A stretch of DNA of 64,000 nt from Myxococcales bacterium. GTDB lineage: Bacteria; Myxococcota_A; Polyangia; Haliangiales; Haliangiaceae. The position numbers were made by a program, and so were the translations under genes. This document shows positions 28,732 through 39,291 of the stretch, piece by piece. Position 1 is the stretch's first letter; each line of letters starts with the position of its first letter. The stretch covers positions 348,863 through 412,862 of the forward strand of contig JADJFN010000001.1 of assembly GCA_016708565.1 (NCBI GenBank), in the 5' to 3' direction. The notes under the pieces are model-generated. The model was not told the DNA's origin and made no database searches. It saw nothing but the letters and a program-made list of their open reading frames with translations.

Positions 28732-30919
28732 TCTCCCCCGTCCCCGGGTGCTGATCGTCGACGACGACGACATGACCCGCCTGCTCGCGACCGAGACCCT
28801 GGAGGGCGCGGGCTTCGAGGTGTTCGAGGCGGCCGACGGCGCGGCCGGCGTCGCCGCGCACGCCGAGCTGACGCCCGACCTGATGCTGCTCGACGTCAAC
28901 ATGCCCGGCCTCGACGGCTACGGCGTGTGCGCGCAGGTGCGGGCGCGGCCCGAGGGCAGCGCCACGCCGATCCTGGTGATGACCGCGCTCGACGACGTCG
29001 ACGCCGTCGAGCGCGCGTTCGCCGCCGGCGCGACCGACTTCCTGACCAAGCCGCTCAACCTGCCGCTCCTGGCCCACCGGGTGCGCTACCTGCTGCGCGC
29101 GGCCCAGGCGTTCCACGACGAGCGCGAGCAGGCGCAGGTGCTGGCGCGGGTGCAGCGGCTCGCGCGGCTGGCCCACTGGCGGGTCGACGCGGCCGGCTTC
29201 GCCTGGGCGTGCGACGTCGGCGCCGTGCTGTGGCCCGAGGTGGCGGCGTCGGTGCCGGCGCCGCGCTCGCTGCTGGCGCTGGTCCACCCCGACGATCGCG
29301 ACCTGGTCGCGACCGCGCTGACCACCACCGCGCCCCACCAGCTCGACTACCGGATGGTCCTGCCCGACGGCAGCGAGCGCCTGGTCCGCCAGGACGCCGA
29401 GGTCATCGACGACGCCGGGCGGCCGGTGCTGATCGGCGCCACCCAGGACGTCACCGAGCAGCGCGCGGCCGAGCGCCGGATCGCCCAGCTGGCGTTCTTC
29501 GACGATCTCACCGGCCTGCCCAGCCGCGCGTTCCTGCACCGGTTCTTGCGGCGGGTGCTGCTCGACGCGCGCGCCGCCGGCACGCCGGTGACGCTGATCA
29601 GCATCGGCATCGCGCTGGGCGCGGTGCCGGGCACCGTCAGCCCGACCGATCGCGACGAGCTGCGCCGGGCCATCGCCGCGCGGGTGGTCGAGCACGTGCG
29701 CGGCGCCGATCTCGACCTGCGGCTCGATCAGCCGGTCGGAGATCCCGACGCCTGGGTCGGCGGCGCGCTGCTGGCGCGGCCCGGCTCCGACGAGCTGGTG
29801 CTGGTGTTGCGCGACGCGCGCGCCACCGAGCCCGAGCCGGTGGCGGCGCGGATCGCGGCGGCGCTGGCGGTCGGCTACCGGGTCGGCGACCACGAGCTGT
29901 TCGTGACCTCGCCGGTCGGCATCGCGACCTCGGACGACTCCGGCGACGACCCGCGGACGCTGATCGAGCACGCCCGGGCCGCCAGCCACCAGGCCCGGGT
30001 CGCGGGCCAGCCGGTCCACCGCTTCTCGGCCGACGTGCTGCGCGCGGCGCGGCGCTCGGCCGACTTCGAGCGCCGGGTCCGCACCGCGGTCGCGCGCCTC
30101 GGCGATCCCGCCCGGGAGCCGGAGTTCACGCTCTACTACCAGCCCAAGATCGAGCGCGGCAGCGGCCGCACCGTCGGGGTCGAGGCGTTGATGCGGTGGT
30201 TCCCGCCCGACGGGCCGCCGATCTCGCCGGGCGAGTTCATCCCGGTGGCCGAGCGCTCCAACGCGATCTCGCTCCTCGGCGACTGGCTGCTGCAGGAGGC
30301 GTGCGCCCAGGGCGCGGCCTGGGTCGAGGCCGGCACGCCGATCCACGTCGCGGTCAACGTCTCGCCCCGGCAGCTGCGCTCGGTCGGCTTCGTCGAGCGG
30401 GTGGTCGCGAGCGCGGCCGCCGCCGGCTTCGATCTCGGCCTGCTCGAGATCGAGATCACCGAGCACGCCACCGTCGACGACTTCGATCAGGCGGCGGCGG
30501 TGCTGCACGCGCTGCGGGCGCGGGGCGCGCGGATCGTGCTCGACGACTTCGGCGTCGGCCAGTCGTCGCTGGCGTACGTCGCGCGGCTGCCGGTCGACGT
30601 GATCAAGATCGACCGCGCGTTCGTGGCCGGCCTCGGGCGCGACCCGGTCAGCGGCGCGATCGTCTCGGCGGTGATGGCGATGGCCGAGGCGCTCGACATC
30701 ACCGTGGTGGTCGAGGGCGTCGAGACCGCGCAGCAGGTGCGGATCCTGGGGCGCTACCCGGCGTGCGAGATCCAGGGTTACTACTGCGCGCGGCCGGCGC
30801 CGCCCGCCGAGCTGACGCCGTTCCTCACCGGGCGCTTCGCGTGGAACGTCGACGACGACGGCGCCGCGATCGAGATCGCCGTCGACGACGTGCCCGGCGA
30901 GGTCGTGCTGGCGTCGTGA
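28721..30919 (+). CDS. Response regulator receiver-PAS-GGDEF(degenerate)-EAL protein (likely a c-di-GMP phosphodiesterase).
   Basis: The receiver is [13 protein letters not shown]...[11 protein letters not shown]...KP. The GGDEF-like domain has GSDEL in place of GG[DE]EF. The EAL domain has [29 protein letters not shown] and a QGY(Y/F) motif. It overlaps the kinase gene by 11 nt. Confidence 0.8.
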
Positions 30920-30965
30920 CCTGGCCCGGCCGAGGGAGGTGCGGCGACCGGCCGGAGCCTGCACG

Positions 30966-31015
30966 TGTTTCGTTTGAGCCCCCGTCGACGCGTCGGGAGT
31001 CTCGCGTCCTGGGGG
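30966..31015. repeat. Left half of a second copy of the structured repeat element, truncated by the IS insertion. It ends with the 10-bp direct repeat gtcctggggg at 31006-31015.
   Basis: gtttcgtttgagcc...gacgcgtcgggagtctcgcgtc matches copy A at 19588-19630. Confidence 0.45.
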
Positions 31016-32044
31016 CTGACCATTGGCCAGTCCCGGGCGGGAGGGCGGGACGGCAGCGGCGGCGCGCGCGCAAGGCGGGATGATGCGGACCTGGGGTCCG
31101 CCAGGTTGCGATGCGGCCAACCACCGCCGCCCAGGTGACGCCCTTGGGCTTCCGGAGGAGGATGACGGCGTCGATCTCGTCGCGCGAGACTGGTCGCCGC
31201 TGGCAGTTCAGGGGTTGTGCGCGATAGCTGCAGGTGTTCAGCCCGATGGCCACGTGGCCAAGACGGTAGCCCACGGTGAACGCCGCGACGCTGCGGAGCA
31301 GCGAGTCCTGATGCCGCACGCGCCCGACTTCCAGGCCAGGTGGAACTCCTCGACGCGCCACCGCATCGTGTAGCCGACGATGACGTCGTGGGCCGCGGCC
31401 ATCGTGACGACCGACCGGTTGGTCAACAGGCGCCAGTGGATCGGCTCGGCACCGTCGGGTTGATGCCGCTCGCGCGCCTCGAGCGCGGTCACCGCGAACT
31501 GCTCGAAGGGCCCATGCCATCGCCCAGGGACGATCAGCTTGACCCACAGGCCCAAGCGACAGGCTGGGGGGAAGGCTCTGGGGGGGCGGGGGGGGCGGGC
31601 CGGTCGAGGTCCTCGCACGGTTGAGGGCGGCGGGGGGGCGCCCGTCCAGCGGATCACGCACCCCTGACTCACGAGCAGGCCGACACCGCCTGTAAGCCAC
31701 TCACGCCGGTGTTGCGCGTCGACAGCGGCCCAAGGCGTGCCGGCGGTCCGTCAGCCCCAGCGCGCCTGGTCGACCGGGACGAACACGATGTTGAACGCCG
31801 CGCTGCGCGCGCCCGCGCGAAACGCCGCCTGCTGCACTTCGTCTGCGACGACGGCGCGGTTCTCAAGCAACCGATACGCCGCCCGCGTGCGCCTAGCCTG
31901 GGTCAGGGTTGGGGGCCGTACCTACCGTCTGCGTCGCCAGGCTGCATCACCAAACGTCGACGTGGCCCCGCAAGCTGGCTATTCTGCACCTCGAGCAAAT
32001 CCACGGCCTTGGGCCGAAATTCCCGAGATGTGATCAATGGTCAG
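31016..32044. mobile_element. Decayed IS4/IS5-like insertion sequence (1029 bp). It has terminal inverted repeats CTGACCATTG...CAATGGTCAG and a 10-bp target-site duplication gtcctggggg.
   Basis: The inverted repeats and the direct repeats were read directly. GC content is about 64% against about 72% for the surroundings. Internal frameshifted minus-strand ORFs carry the transposase C-terminal signature Y-x2-R-x3-E-x6-K (YTMRWRVEEFHLAWK). Confidence 0.6.
31238..31672 (-). pseudogene. Transposase fragment (IS4 family-like), disrupted by frameshifts.
   Basis: HWRLLTNRSVVTMAAAHDVIVGYTMRWRVEEFHLAWKSG contains the YREK motif. A neighbouring frame (30825..31700 -) carries further transposase-like sequence. 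No intact full-length ORF is present. Confidence 0.5.
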
Positions 32045-32110
32045 GTCCTGGGGGGAGGCTCGTCGGGGACCTGGCCCCGACGAGGGGGGCTGGGCGACCA
32101 GCCCCCTGCC
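32045..32110. repeat. Right half of the IS-disrupted repeat copy. It begins with the direct repeat gtcctggggg and contains the hairpin GGGGGGCTGG-gcgac-CAGCCCCC.
   Basis: It matches the 3-prime half of copy A (19633-19692) after the IS and one duplicated copy are removed. Confidence 0.45.
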
Positions 32111-32112
32111 AC

Positions 32113-33068
32113 TCAGCGCATGAACGTGCGCCGCACCAGGTCGACCGCGCGTGGCCCGAGGGTCTCGCCGCGCCACGCCAGCGCGCGCGACACCACCAGC
32201 GCCTTGTCGGCCGGGTTGATCCGCGGCCGATCGGCGAACAGGCGCGGGCCGGCCGCGGCGATCTTGTCGAGGATGCGCATGCCGCCGTGCCACATCAGCG
32301 CCAGCTCGACCGCGAGGTCGGGGCCGACCACGTCGACCAGCGGGCGGGCGCGCTCGAACAGCGCCCGGGTGCGCGCCACCTCGTAGCGGACCAGCGCGCC
32401 GACCTGCGGCGTCGTGCGCCGGGCCTCGACGTCGGCCTCGCTGACGCCGAAGTGGCGCAGGTCCTCCTGCGGCACGTAGATCCGGCCCCGGGCGAGGTCG
32501 GCCGGCATGTCCTGGATCAGCCGCGCGAACGCCAGCCCGGTCGCCAGGTCGGCGGCGAACGCGTGCAGCTCGGGGGCGCGGTAGCCGCCGATGTACAACA
32601 GCAGGTGCCCGACCGGCTCGGCGGCCTCGCGGGTGTAGGCGCGCAGGTCGTTCCAGGTCGGGTAGCGCAGCGTCTCGAGATCGGTCCGGAACCCGGACAC
32701 CAGCTTGACGAACTCGGTGATCGGCAGGGCCAGCGACTTGATCGTCGCGGCCAGCGCGACGAACACCGGGTGCTCGGGCGGCTTGCCGAAGTAGGTCTGG
32801 TGCAGCAGCTCCTCCCAGCGATCGAGCTCGCGCGCGCGCCGGCCCTCGTAGGCCGGCTCGTCGGCGAAGTCGTCGGCGACCCGCGCGAACGCGAAGATCG
32901 CGAAGATGTGCTGGCGCAGGTTCGAGCGCGCGAAGATCGACGCCACCGGGAAGTTGTGGTGGTGGGCGCGGCACAGCGCCTCGCAGTAGCGGTAACAGGC
33001 GCCGACCTCGAGCGAGGGCGGCAGCGGGACGGCTTGGGCGGTGGCGCGGCGGTCGCCGATGCGGTGGA

Positions 33069-33072
<4 letters not shown>
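32113..33072 (-). CDS. Squalene/phytoene synthase family enzyme (head-to-head isoprenoid synthase; HpnC/HpnD or CrtB-like).
   Basis: YRYCEALCRAHHHNFPVASIF...FARVADDFADE (the first Asp-rich motif) and the overall family pattern. The GTG start at 33070-33072 overlaps the TGA of the HMGR gene (GTGA). Confidence 0.7.
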
Positions 33073-34364
<1,292 letters not shown>

Positions 34365-34375
34365 GCGGCCGGACC

Positions 34376-35293
34376 TTAGGGCCGCGGCCCCGGGATGTCC
34401 ACCCCGGTCGGATCGAGGGCGAGCGACAACGGGCACAGTCCGGCTTCGACGAGCGCGGCGGTCACCAGGTTACGCGCGAGCGCGGCCGGGCGCGCGATCA
34501 CGACCAGATCGCCGCCGCCGGCGCCGGTGGTCTTGGCGACCGCGCCCAGCGGGGCCAGCCGGAGCTGCAGCGCGCGCACCGCGGCGGGGACCAGCGCGAC
34601 GCCGGTGGTCGCCGCCAGCCGCGCGGTCGCCTCGGCGGCCGCGGCGAACCCGGCCAGCGCCGCCGGCGCGGTGGTGGCCCCCGCCAGCGCCGCCGACGCG
34701 GCGGCGATCGCGGCCAGCGCGGCGTCGACGCCCGGGCGCGCGCGGGCCGCGGTGACCGCGGCCACCAGCGTCGCGGTGTCGGCCGGCGCGCCGGTCCAGG
34801 CCACGTCGAGCGCCAGCCCGGCCGGCAGCGCGATCGGCGCCACCGCGCCGCGGGTGAACACGATCGCGCCGCCCCAGGTCGAGGCGGCGATGTCGGCGCC
34901 GCTGCCGGCGGCGCCGCGCCGGCCCTGCGCCGCCGCGTGGGCCGCGGCCGCCAGCCGTCCGACGTGCGCGCGATCGAAGGCGCCGACCGCGTGCAGCGCC
35001 GCGGCCACCGCGGCGACGGTCGCGGCCGCCGACGACCCGAGCCCCAGCTTGTGGCCGTCCTGGCGCAGCGCCTCGCTGTCGACGGTGACCCGGGCCAGCG
35101 CCGCGGCGGCCTCGGCGCCGACCTCGCGGCCGAGCTCCTCGGCGGCGGCGGCCAGGAACTCGGACAGTGCGACCGGCGCCGGGCCGACCGTCGCGCGCAC
35201 CCGGCGATCGACCGCGATCACCACCGCGGCGCCGCCGTCGAGCACCGCGTACTCGCCGGTCAGCATGATCTTGCCGGGCGCGGTGGCGATCAC
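34376..35293 (-). CDS. Phosphomevalonate kinase (GHMP kinase family).
   Basis: The N-terminus VIATAPGKIMLTGEYAVLDGG is the hallmark of phosphomevalonate kinase. The GHMP ATP motif is KLGLGSSAAATVA. The GTG start overlaps the MVD stop codon (GTGA). Confidence 0.7.
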   Translation of the reverse strand: MIATAPGKIMLTGEYAVLDGGAAVVIAVDRRVRATVGPAPVALSEFLAAAAEELGREVGAEAAAALARVTVDSEALRQDGHKLGLGSSAAATVAAVAAALHAVGAFDRAHVGRLAAAAHAAAQGRRGAAGSGADIAASTWGGAIVFTRGAVAPIALPAGLALDVAWTGAPADTATLVAAVTAARARPGVDAALAAIAAASAALAGATTAPAALAGFAAAAEATARLAATTGVALVPAAVRALQLRLAPLGAVAKTTGAGGGDLVVIARPAALARNLVTAALVEAGLCPLSLALDPTGVDIPGPRP

Positions 35294-36282
35294 GCCGGCT
35301 CCACGCCGGGGCCGGCCGCCGCCGTGGTCACCGCGGTCACGCCGGGCACCGCCGCCATCGCCGCCGCGACCGCCGCGCCGTCGGCGGCGCGGGTCAGCAC
35401 CTTGACGTGGGGGCCGGCGTCCATCGTCGCCCACGCCCCGACGCCGGCCGCGCGCAGCTCGCGCACCGCGGCCAACGCCGCCAGCGTCGCCGGCTGCCAG
35501 TACAGCACGGTCGGCCGCGACGCGATCGCCGCCGCGTGCATCGCCAGCGCGCTGCCCTCGGTCACCGCGCCCAGCGCCTCGAGATCGCCGGCGGCGATCG
35601 CGGCTTCGGCGGCGCCCAGGTCGCCGTCGACGCACGCCACCCACGCGGCGTACAGCGGCGAGGTGGCGGCGCAGTGATCCATCGCGTCGCGCGAGCCGTG
35701 GGTCTTGGCCGCGCCGCCGCCGACCTCGGCGACGATCATCCGCAGGTCGGCGACGAACGCTGGCGCGGCGGCGATCGGCGTGGCGATCGCGTCGTCGCCG
35801 TCCGCGCGGGCGCCGGCGTGCATCCGCACCAGCCCGCCGTAGATCGAGCGCGCGGCCGAGCCGGAGCCCAGCCGGGCCAGGCGCGACAGCGCCGCGCCGT
35901 CGAGGTCGAGGCCGGCGGCGCGGGTCGCGGCCAGCGCCAGCGCGGCGAAGCCCGAGGCCGACGACGCCAGCCCCGACGCGGTCGGGAAGTGGTTGACGCT
36001 GTCGATCGCGGCCCGGGCGTCGACGCCGGCCAGCTCGCGCACCCGATCGAGCCAGGTCGTGGTGCGGGCCAGCACCTTGGCGCTGGCGGCGGCGCCGTCG
36101 AGGGTCATCGCGTCGGCGGCCAGCGCGGGATCGAAGCGCACGGTCGTGACCGTGGTCAGCGCGTCGAGCGTCAGCGACAGGCTGCCGGCCGCCGGCAGGT
36201 TGCGCACGCCGTCGCGCTTGCCCCAGTACTTGACGAGCGCGATGTTGGCGCACGCGCGCGCGGTGAACGAACGACCGATCAT
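35290..36282 (-). CDS. mvaD: Diphosphomevalonate decarboxylase.
   Basis: ANIALVKYWGKRD is near the N-terminus, along with SGLASSASGFAALA and SGSAARS. The ATG at 36280-36282 overlaps the MVK stop codon (ATGA). Confidence 0.8.
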   Translation of the reverse strand: MIGRSFTARACANIALVKYWGKRDGVRNLPAAGSLSLTLDALTTVTTVRFDPALAADAMTLDGAAASAKVLARTTTWLDRVRELAGVDARAAIDSVNHFPTASGLASSASGFAALALAATRAAGLDLDGAALSRLARLGSGSAARSIYGGLVRMHAGARADGDDAIATPIAAAPAFVADLRMIVAEVGGGAAKTHGSRDAMDHCAATSPLYAAWVACVDGDLGAAEAAIAAGDLEALGAVTEGSALAMHAAAIASRPTVLYWQPATLAALAAVRELRAAGVGAWATMDAGPHVKVLTRAADGAAVAAAMAAVPGVTAVTTAAAGPGVEPA

Positions 36283-37202
36283 GGAGCACCTCCCAGCGTC
36301 GTGACGAAGCCGTCGGCGCCGAGCGCGCGCCACGCGGCCACCACCGCGTCGGCGCGGTCGGGGGCCAGCGCGATCACCGCGCCGCCGCCGCCGCCGCCGG
36401 TGAGCTTGGCCCCGAGCGCGCCGGCGCCGCGGGCGCCCGCGACCAGCGCGTCGAGCCGCGCGGTCGAGACGCCGAGCCCGGCGAGGTGGCGGTGGCCCTC
36501 GTCGAGCGCCGCGCCCAGCGCCGGCCAGCCGGCGGCGCCCGCGGCCAGCTGCCCGACCGCGGCGTCGGCCAGCGCGCCGAGCCGCGCCAGCGTCGCGTCG
36601 GTCGCGGCGGGCGCGGCGGCCCGGGCGTCGGCCACCCGCGCCACCATCGCCGCGGTCGAGCGCGGCTGCCCCGACAGGCCGATCACCAGCGGCAGCGGCG
36701 GCGCCGCGATCGCGGTCAGCCCGGCGCCGCGCACGAACCGGCCGAGCCCGCCGGCGCTGGCCAGCGCGGCGTCGAGGCCGCTGGGGTTGCCGTGGAAGCT
36801 GCGCTCGGCGCGGTTGGCCAGCTCGGCCACCGCGCCGTCGTCGAGGGCCAGCCCGCGCGCGCCGGCCAGCGCGCGGACGATCGCCACGCACAGCGCCGCC
36901 GACGAGCCCAGCCCGGCGCCGGCCGGCACGGTCGCGGTCGCGGTCACGAGGACGCCGTCGGCCACGCCCACGCCGTCGCCGATCGCCCGCAGCGCCGCGG
37001 CCACCGGGTGATCGTCGCCGGCGGTCACCGCCACCGCGAACGCGCCGGTCACGGTCAGCGCCAGCGGGCCGGGCCGCGCCGCGGCCACCGCTTCGACCCC
37101 GCGATCGATCGCGCCGGCCACCGCGGCGTGGCCGTACACCGCCGCGTGCTCGCCGAGCACGATCACCTTGCCGTGGCCGTGGCCGCGGGCGCCGGCGATC
37201 AC
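36279..37202 (-). CDS. mvk: Mevalonate kinase.
   Basis: GHGKVIVLGEHAAVYG (the MVK N-terminal motif), PAGAGLGSSAALCVAIV (GHMP ATP-binding) and KLTGGGGGGAVIAL. The GTG start at 37200-37202 overlaps the IDI-2 stop codon (GTGA). Confidence 0.75.
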   Translation of the reverse strand: MIAGARGHGHGKVIVLGEHAAVYGHAAVAGAIDRGVEAVAAARPGPLALTVTGAFAVAVTAGDDHPVAAALRAIGDGVGVADGVLVTATATVPAGAGLGSSAALCVAIVRALAGARGLALDDGAVAELANRAERSFHGNPSGLDAALASAGGLGRFVRGAGLTAIAAPPLPLVIGLSGQPRSTAAMVARVADARAAAPAATDATLARLGALADAAVGQLAAGAAGWPALGAALDEGHRHLAGLGVSTARLDALVAGARGAGALGAKLTGGGGGGAVIALAPDRADAVVAAWRALGADGFVTTLGGAP

Positions 37203-38287
37203 GGCCGCGCCACGCCCACCGCGGGCAGGCCGAGATCCTCGAGCCACCCGCGCAGCGGCGCGCCCAGGTGCCGCGGCGCCGCGCGCAGATCGGCGACCCG
37301 GCGGCTGCCGGTCAAGAGCATCACCGCGCGCACCGACGCGATCACCCCGGCCAGGAGCTCGCCGATCGCCTCGACGCCGCCGGCGCGCTGCGCCCGCAGC
37401 ACCGGCGCCGCCAGCCCGCCCAGCGCCGCGCCCAGCGCCAGCGCGCGCGCCACGTCGAGCCCGCTGCGCAGCCCGCCCGACGCGATCGTCGTGAGCCCGT
37501 GGCTGGCGCACGCCACGGTGGCCACCGCGGTCGGCACGCCCCAGTCCCACAGCTCGGTGCCGAGCGCCCGGGCCCGCGAGCCCTCGGCCGCGCGCCGCGC
37601 CTCGACCGCGACCCAGCTGGTGCCGCCGGCGCCGGCCACGTCGACGGTGGTCACGCCGACGAACTTCAGCCGCGCCGCCGCCTGCGCCGACAGCCCGCAG
37701 CCGGTCTCCTTGACGATCACCGGCACCGGCAGCGCGTCGACCAGCCGGGCGATCGTGTCGACCGCGCCGCGGAAGTCGCGATCGCCGTCGGCCTGGATCA
37801 GCTCCTGGCCGGGGTTCAGGTGGATCGCCAGCGCGTCGGCCTCGATCTGCTTGATCAGCTCGATCACCCGCGCGGTGCCGAGCGCCTTCGCTTGCACCAC
37901 GCCGAGGTTGCCGATCAGCACGACCCCCGGCGCGACGTCCTTGACCCGGAACGTCGCCAGGAGCTCGGGGTGCTCGGCCATCGCCCGCTGCGAGCCGACG
38001 CCCATCGCGAGGCCGGCGGCGGCCGCGGCGGTCGCGACCTCGCGGTTGATGCGCGCCGCGGTCGCGGTGCCGCCGGTCATGCCGGTCACCATCACCGGCG
38101 CGGCCAGCCGGTGGCCACACAGCTCGACGTCGAGCTCGAGCTCGTCGGCGGCCAGCTCGGGCAGCGCCTGGTGCACCAGGTGGACGTGCTCGAGCAGCGT
38201 CGTGCGCTCGGCGAAGTCGGCCTCGCCCGAGGCCGCGACCTCGAGGTGATCGGCCTTGCGCCGCGCGATCGCAGGTTCGTCGACCAT
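37199..38287 (-). CDS. fni: Type 2 isopentenyl-diphosphate delta-isomerase (FMN-dependent IDI-2).
   Basis: MVTGMTGGT, LAMGVGSQRAM, IHLNPGQELIQ, PVIVKETGCGLS and GGTSW are motifs characteristic of IDI-2. Confidence 0.8.
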   Translation of the reverse strand: MVDEPAIARRKADHLEVAASGEADFAERTTLLEHVHLVHQALPELAADELELDVELCGHRLAAPVMVTGMTGGTATAARINREVATAAAAAGLAMGVGSQRAMAEHPELLATFRVKDVAPGVVLIGNLGVVQAKALGTARVIELIKQIEADALAIHLNPGQELIQADGDRDFRGAVDTIARLVDALPVPVIVKETGCGLSAQAAARLKFVGVTTVDVAGAGGTSWVAVEARRAAEGSRARALGTELWDWGVPTAVATVACASHGLTTIASGGLRSGLDVARALALGAALGGLAAPVLRAQRAGGVEAIGELLAGVIASVRAVMLLTGSRRVADLRAAPRHLGAPLRGWLEDLGLPAVGVARP

Positions 38288-38340
38288 CGCCGGTTTCTAG
38301 CACGCTGCCGCCCCGCCGGCGGCCGGGCGCCGGCCGCGCG

Positions 38341-39222
38341 TCAATACACCATCAACAGCACCAGCGCGCCGAACGCCAGGCCGTTGAGCAAGAACAGCGG
38401 GTCGCGCAGCATCGCGTCGGTGGGGCTGTCCTCGCCGGCCTTGCGCAGCGCCAGGTCGGCGAAGCGCAGGATGCCGACGGCGCCGAGCGGCGCGGTCCAC
38501 ACCAGGTTGCGGGTGCCGAAGAAGCGGATGGTGTGCGCGTCGAGCGTGTACGCGACGTACGCGCCGATCGTCGCCAGCGCCAGCACGATCATCGACCACT
38601 GCACCGCCGTCGGGTGGTAGCCGGCCAGCGCCGCGCGGGTGGTGCCGACGTCGCGGCCGGCCAGCTTGGCGCGGGCCAGCTCGTGGGCGCGCTTGCCCAG
38701 CCCCAGGAACATCGCCAGCAGCCCGGTGCACGCCAGCAGCCACGGCGACGGCGCGACGCCGATGGCCGCGCCGCCGGCCATGACCCGCAGGATGAACCCG
38801 GCGGCGATCAAGATGACGTCGACGAACGCCACCTGCTTGAGCTTGAAGCTGTAGGCCAGGTTCTGCGCGAGGTACACGCCGGCCCACACCCCCGCCATCG
38901 GCGCCAGCGCGAACGCGGTGCCGAGGCCGGCCAGCGCCAGCACCGCCGCGACCACCAGCGCCGCGCGCTCGCCGAGGTGCCCCGCGGCGATCGGCCGCTT
39001 GCACTTGGTCGGGTGCGCGCGATCGGCGGCCACGTCGAGCACGTCGTTGAACGCGTAGACCGCGCCGGCCAGGGCGCAGAACGCCGCCACCGCCAGCGCG
39101 GCGCGCAGCGCGTAGTGCCCGTCCGCGAGGTGCTTGGCGAACACCAGCGGCGCGGCCACGAACACGTTCTTCACCCACTGGTGTGGGCGGAGCGTCTTGA
39201 GGACTGCGCGGGCCGGGCTCAT
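38341..39222 (-). CDS. UbiA-family prenyltransferase (decaprenyl-phosphate phosphoribosyltransferase-like).
   Basis: LKTLRPHQWVKNVFVAAPLVFA...FNDVLDVAADRAHPTKCKRPIAAG. It is polytopic and membrane-like. The start is taken as the ATG at 39220-39222. The ORF start at 39279 is the alternative. Confidence 0.7.
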   Translation of the reverse strand: MSPARAVLKTLRPHQWVKNVFVAAPLVFAKHLADGHYALRAALAVAAFCALAGAVYAFNDVLDVAADRAHPTKCKRPIAAGHLGERAALVVAAVLALAGLGTAFALAPMAGVWAGVYLAQNLAYSFKLKQVAFVDVILIAAGFILRVMAGGAAIGVAPSPWLLACTGLLAMFLGLGKRAHELARAKLAGRDVGTTRAALAGYHPTAVQWSMIVLALATIGAYVAYTLDAHTIRFFGTRNLVWTAPLGAVGILRFADLALRKAGEDSPTDAMLRDPLFLLNGLAFGALVLLMVY

Positions 39223-39291
39223 CGGCGAGCGCGCGGTGTTAGCACGGGGCTCGACGCGATGCCGAGTTCCCGGCGCCAACCGTGCGGTGGG

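Noticed and set aside
31709-32040. ORFs 31709..32386 (+) and 31737..32033 (+) inside and right of the IS remnant
   Set aside because: They lie in lower-GC, decayed IS sequence. Their composition is poor, with no motifs and no consistent codon bias. They are treated as non-coding remnants.
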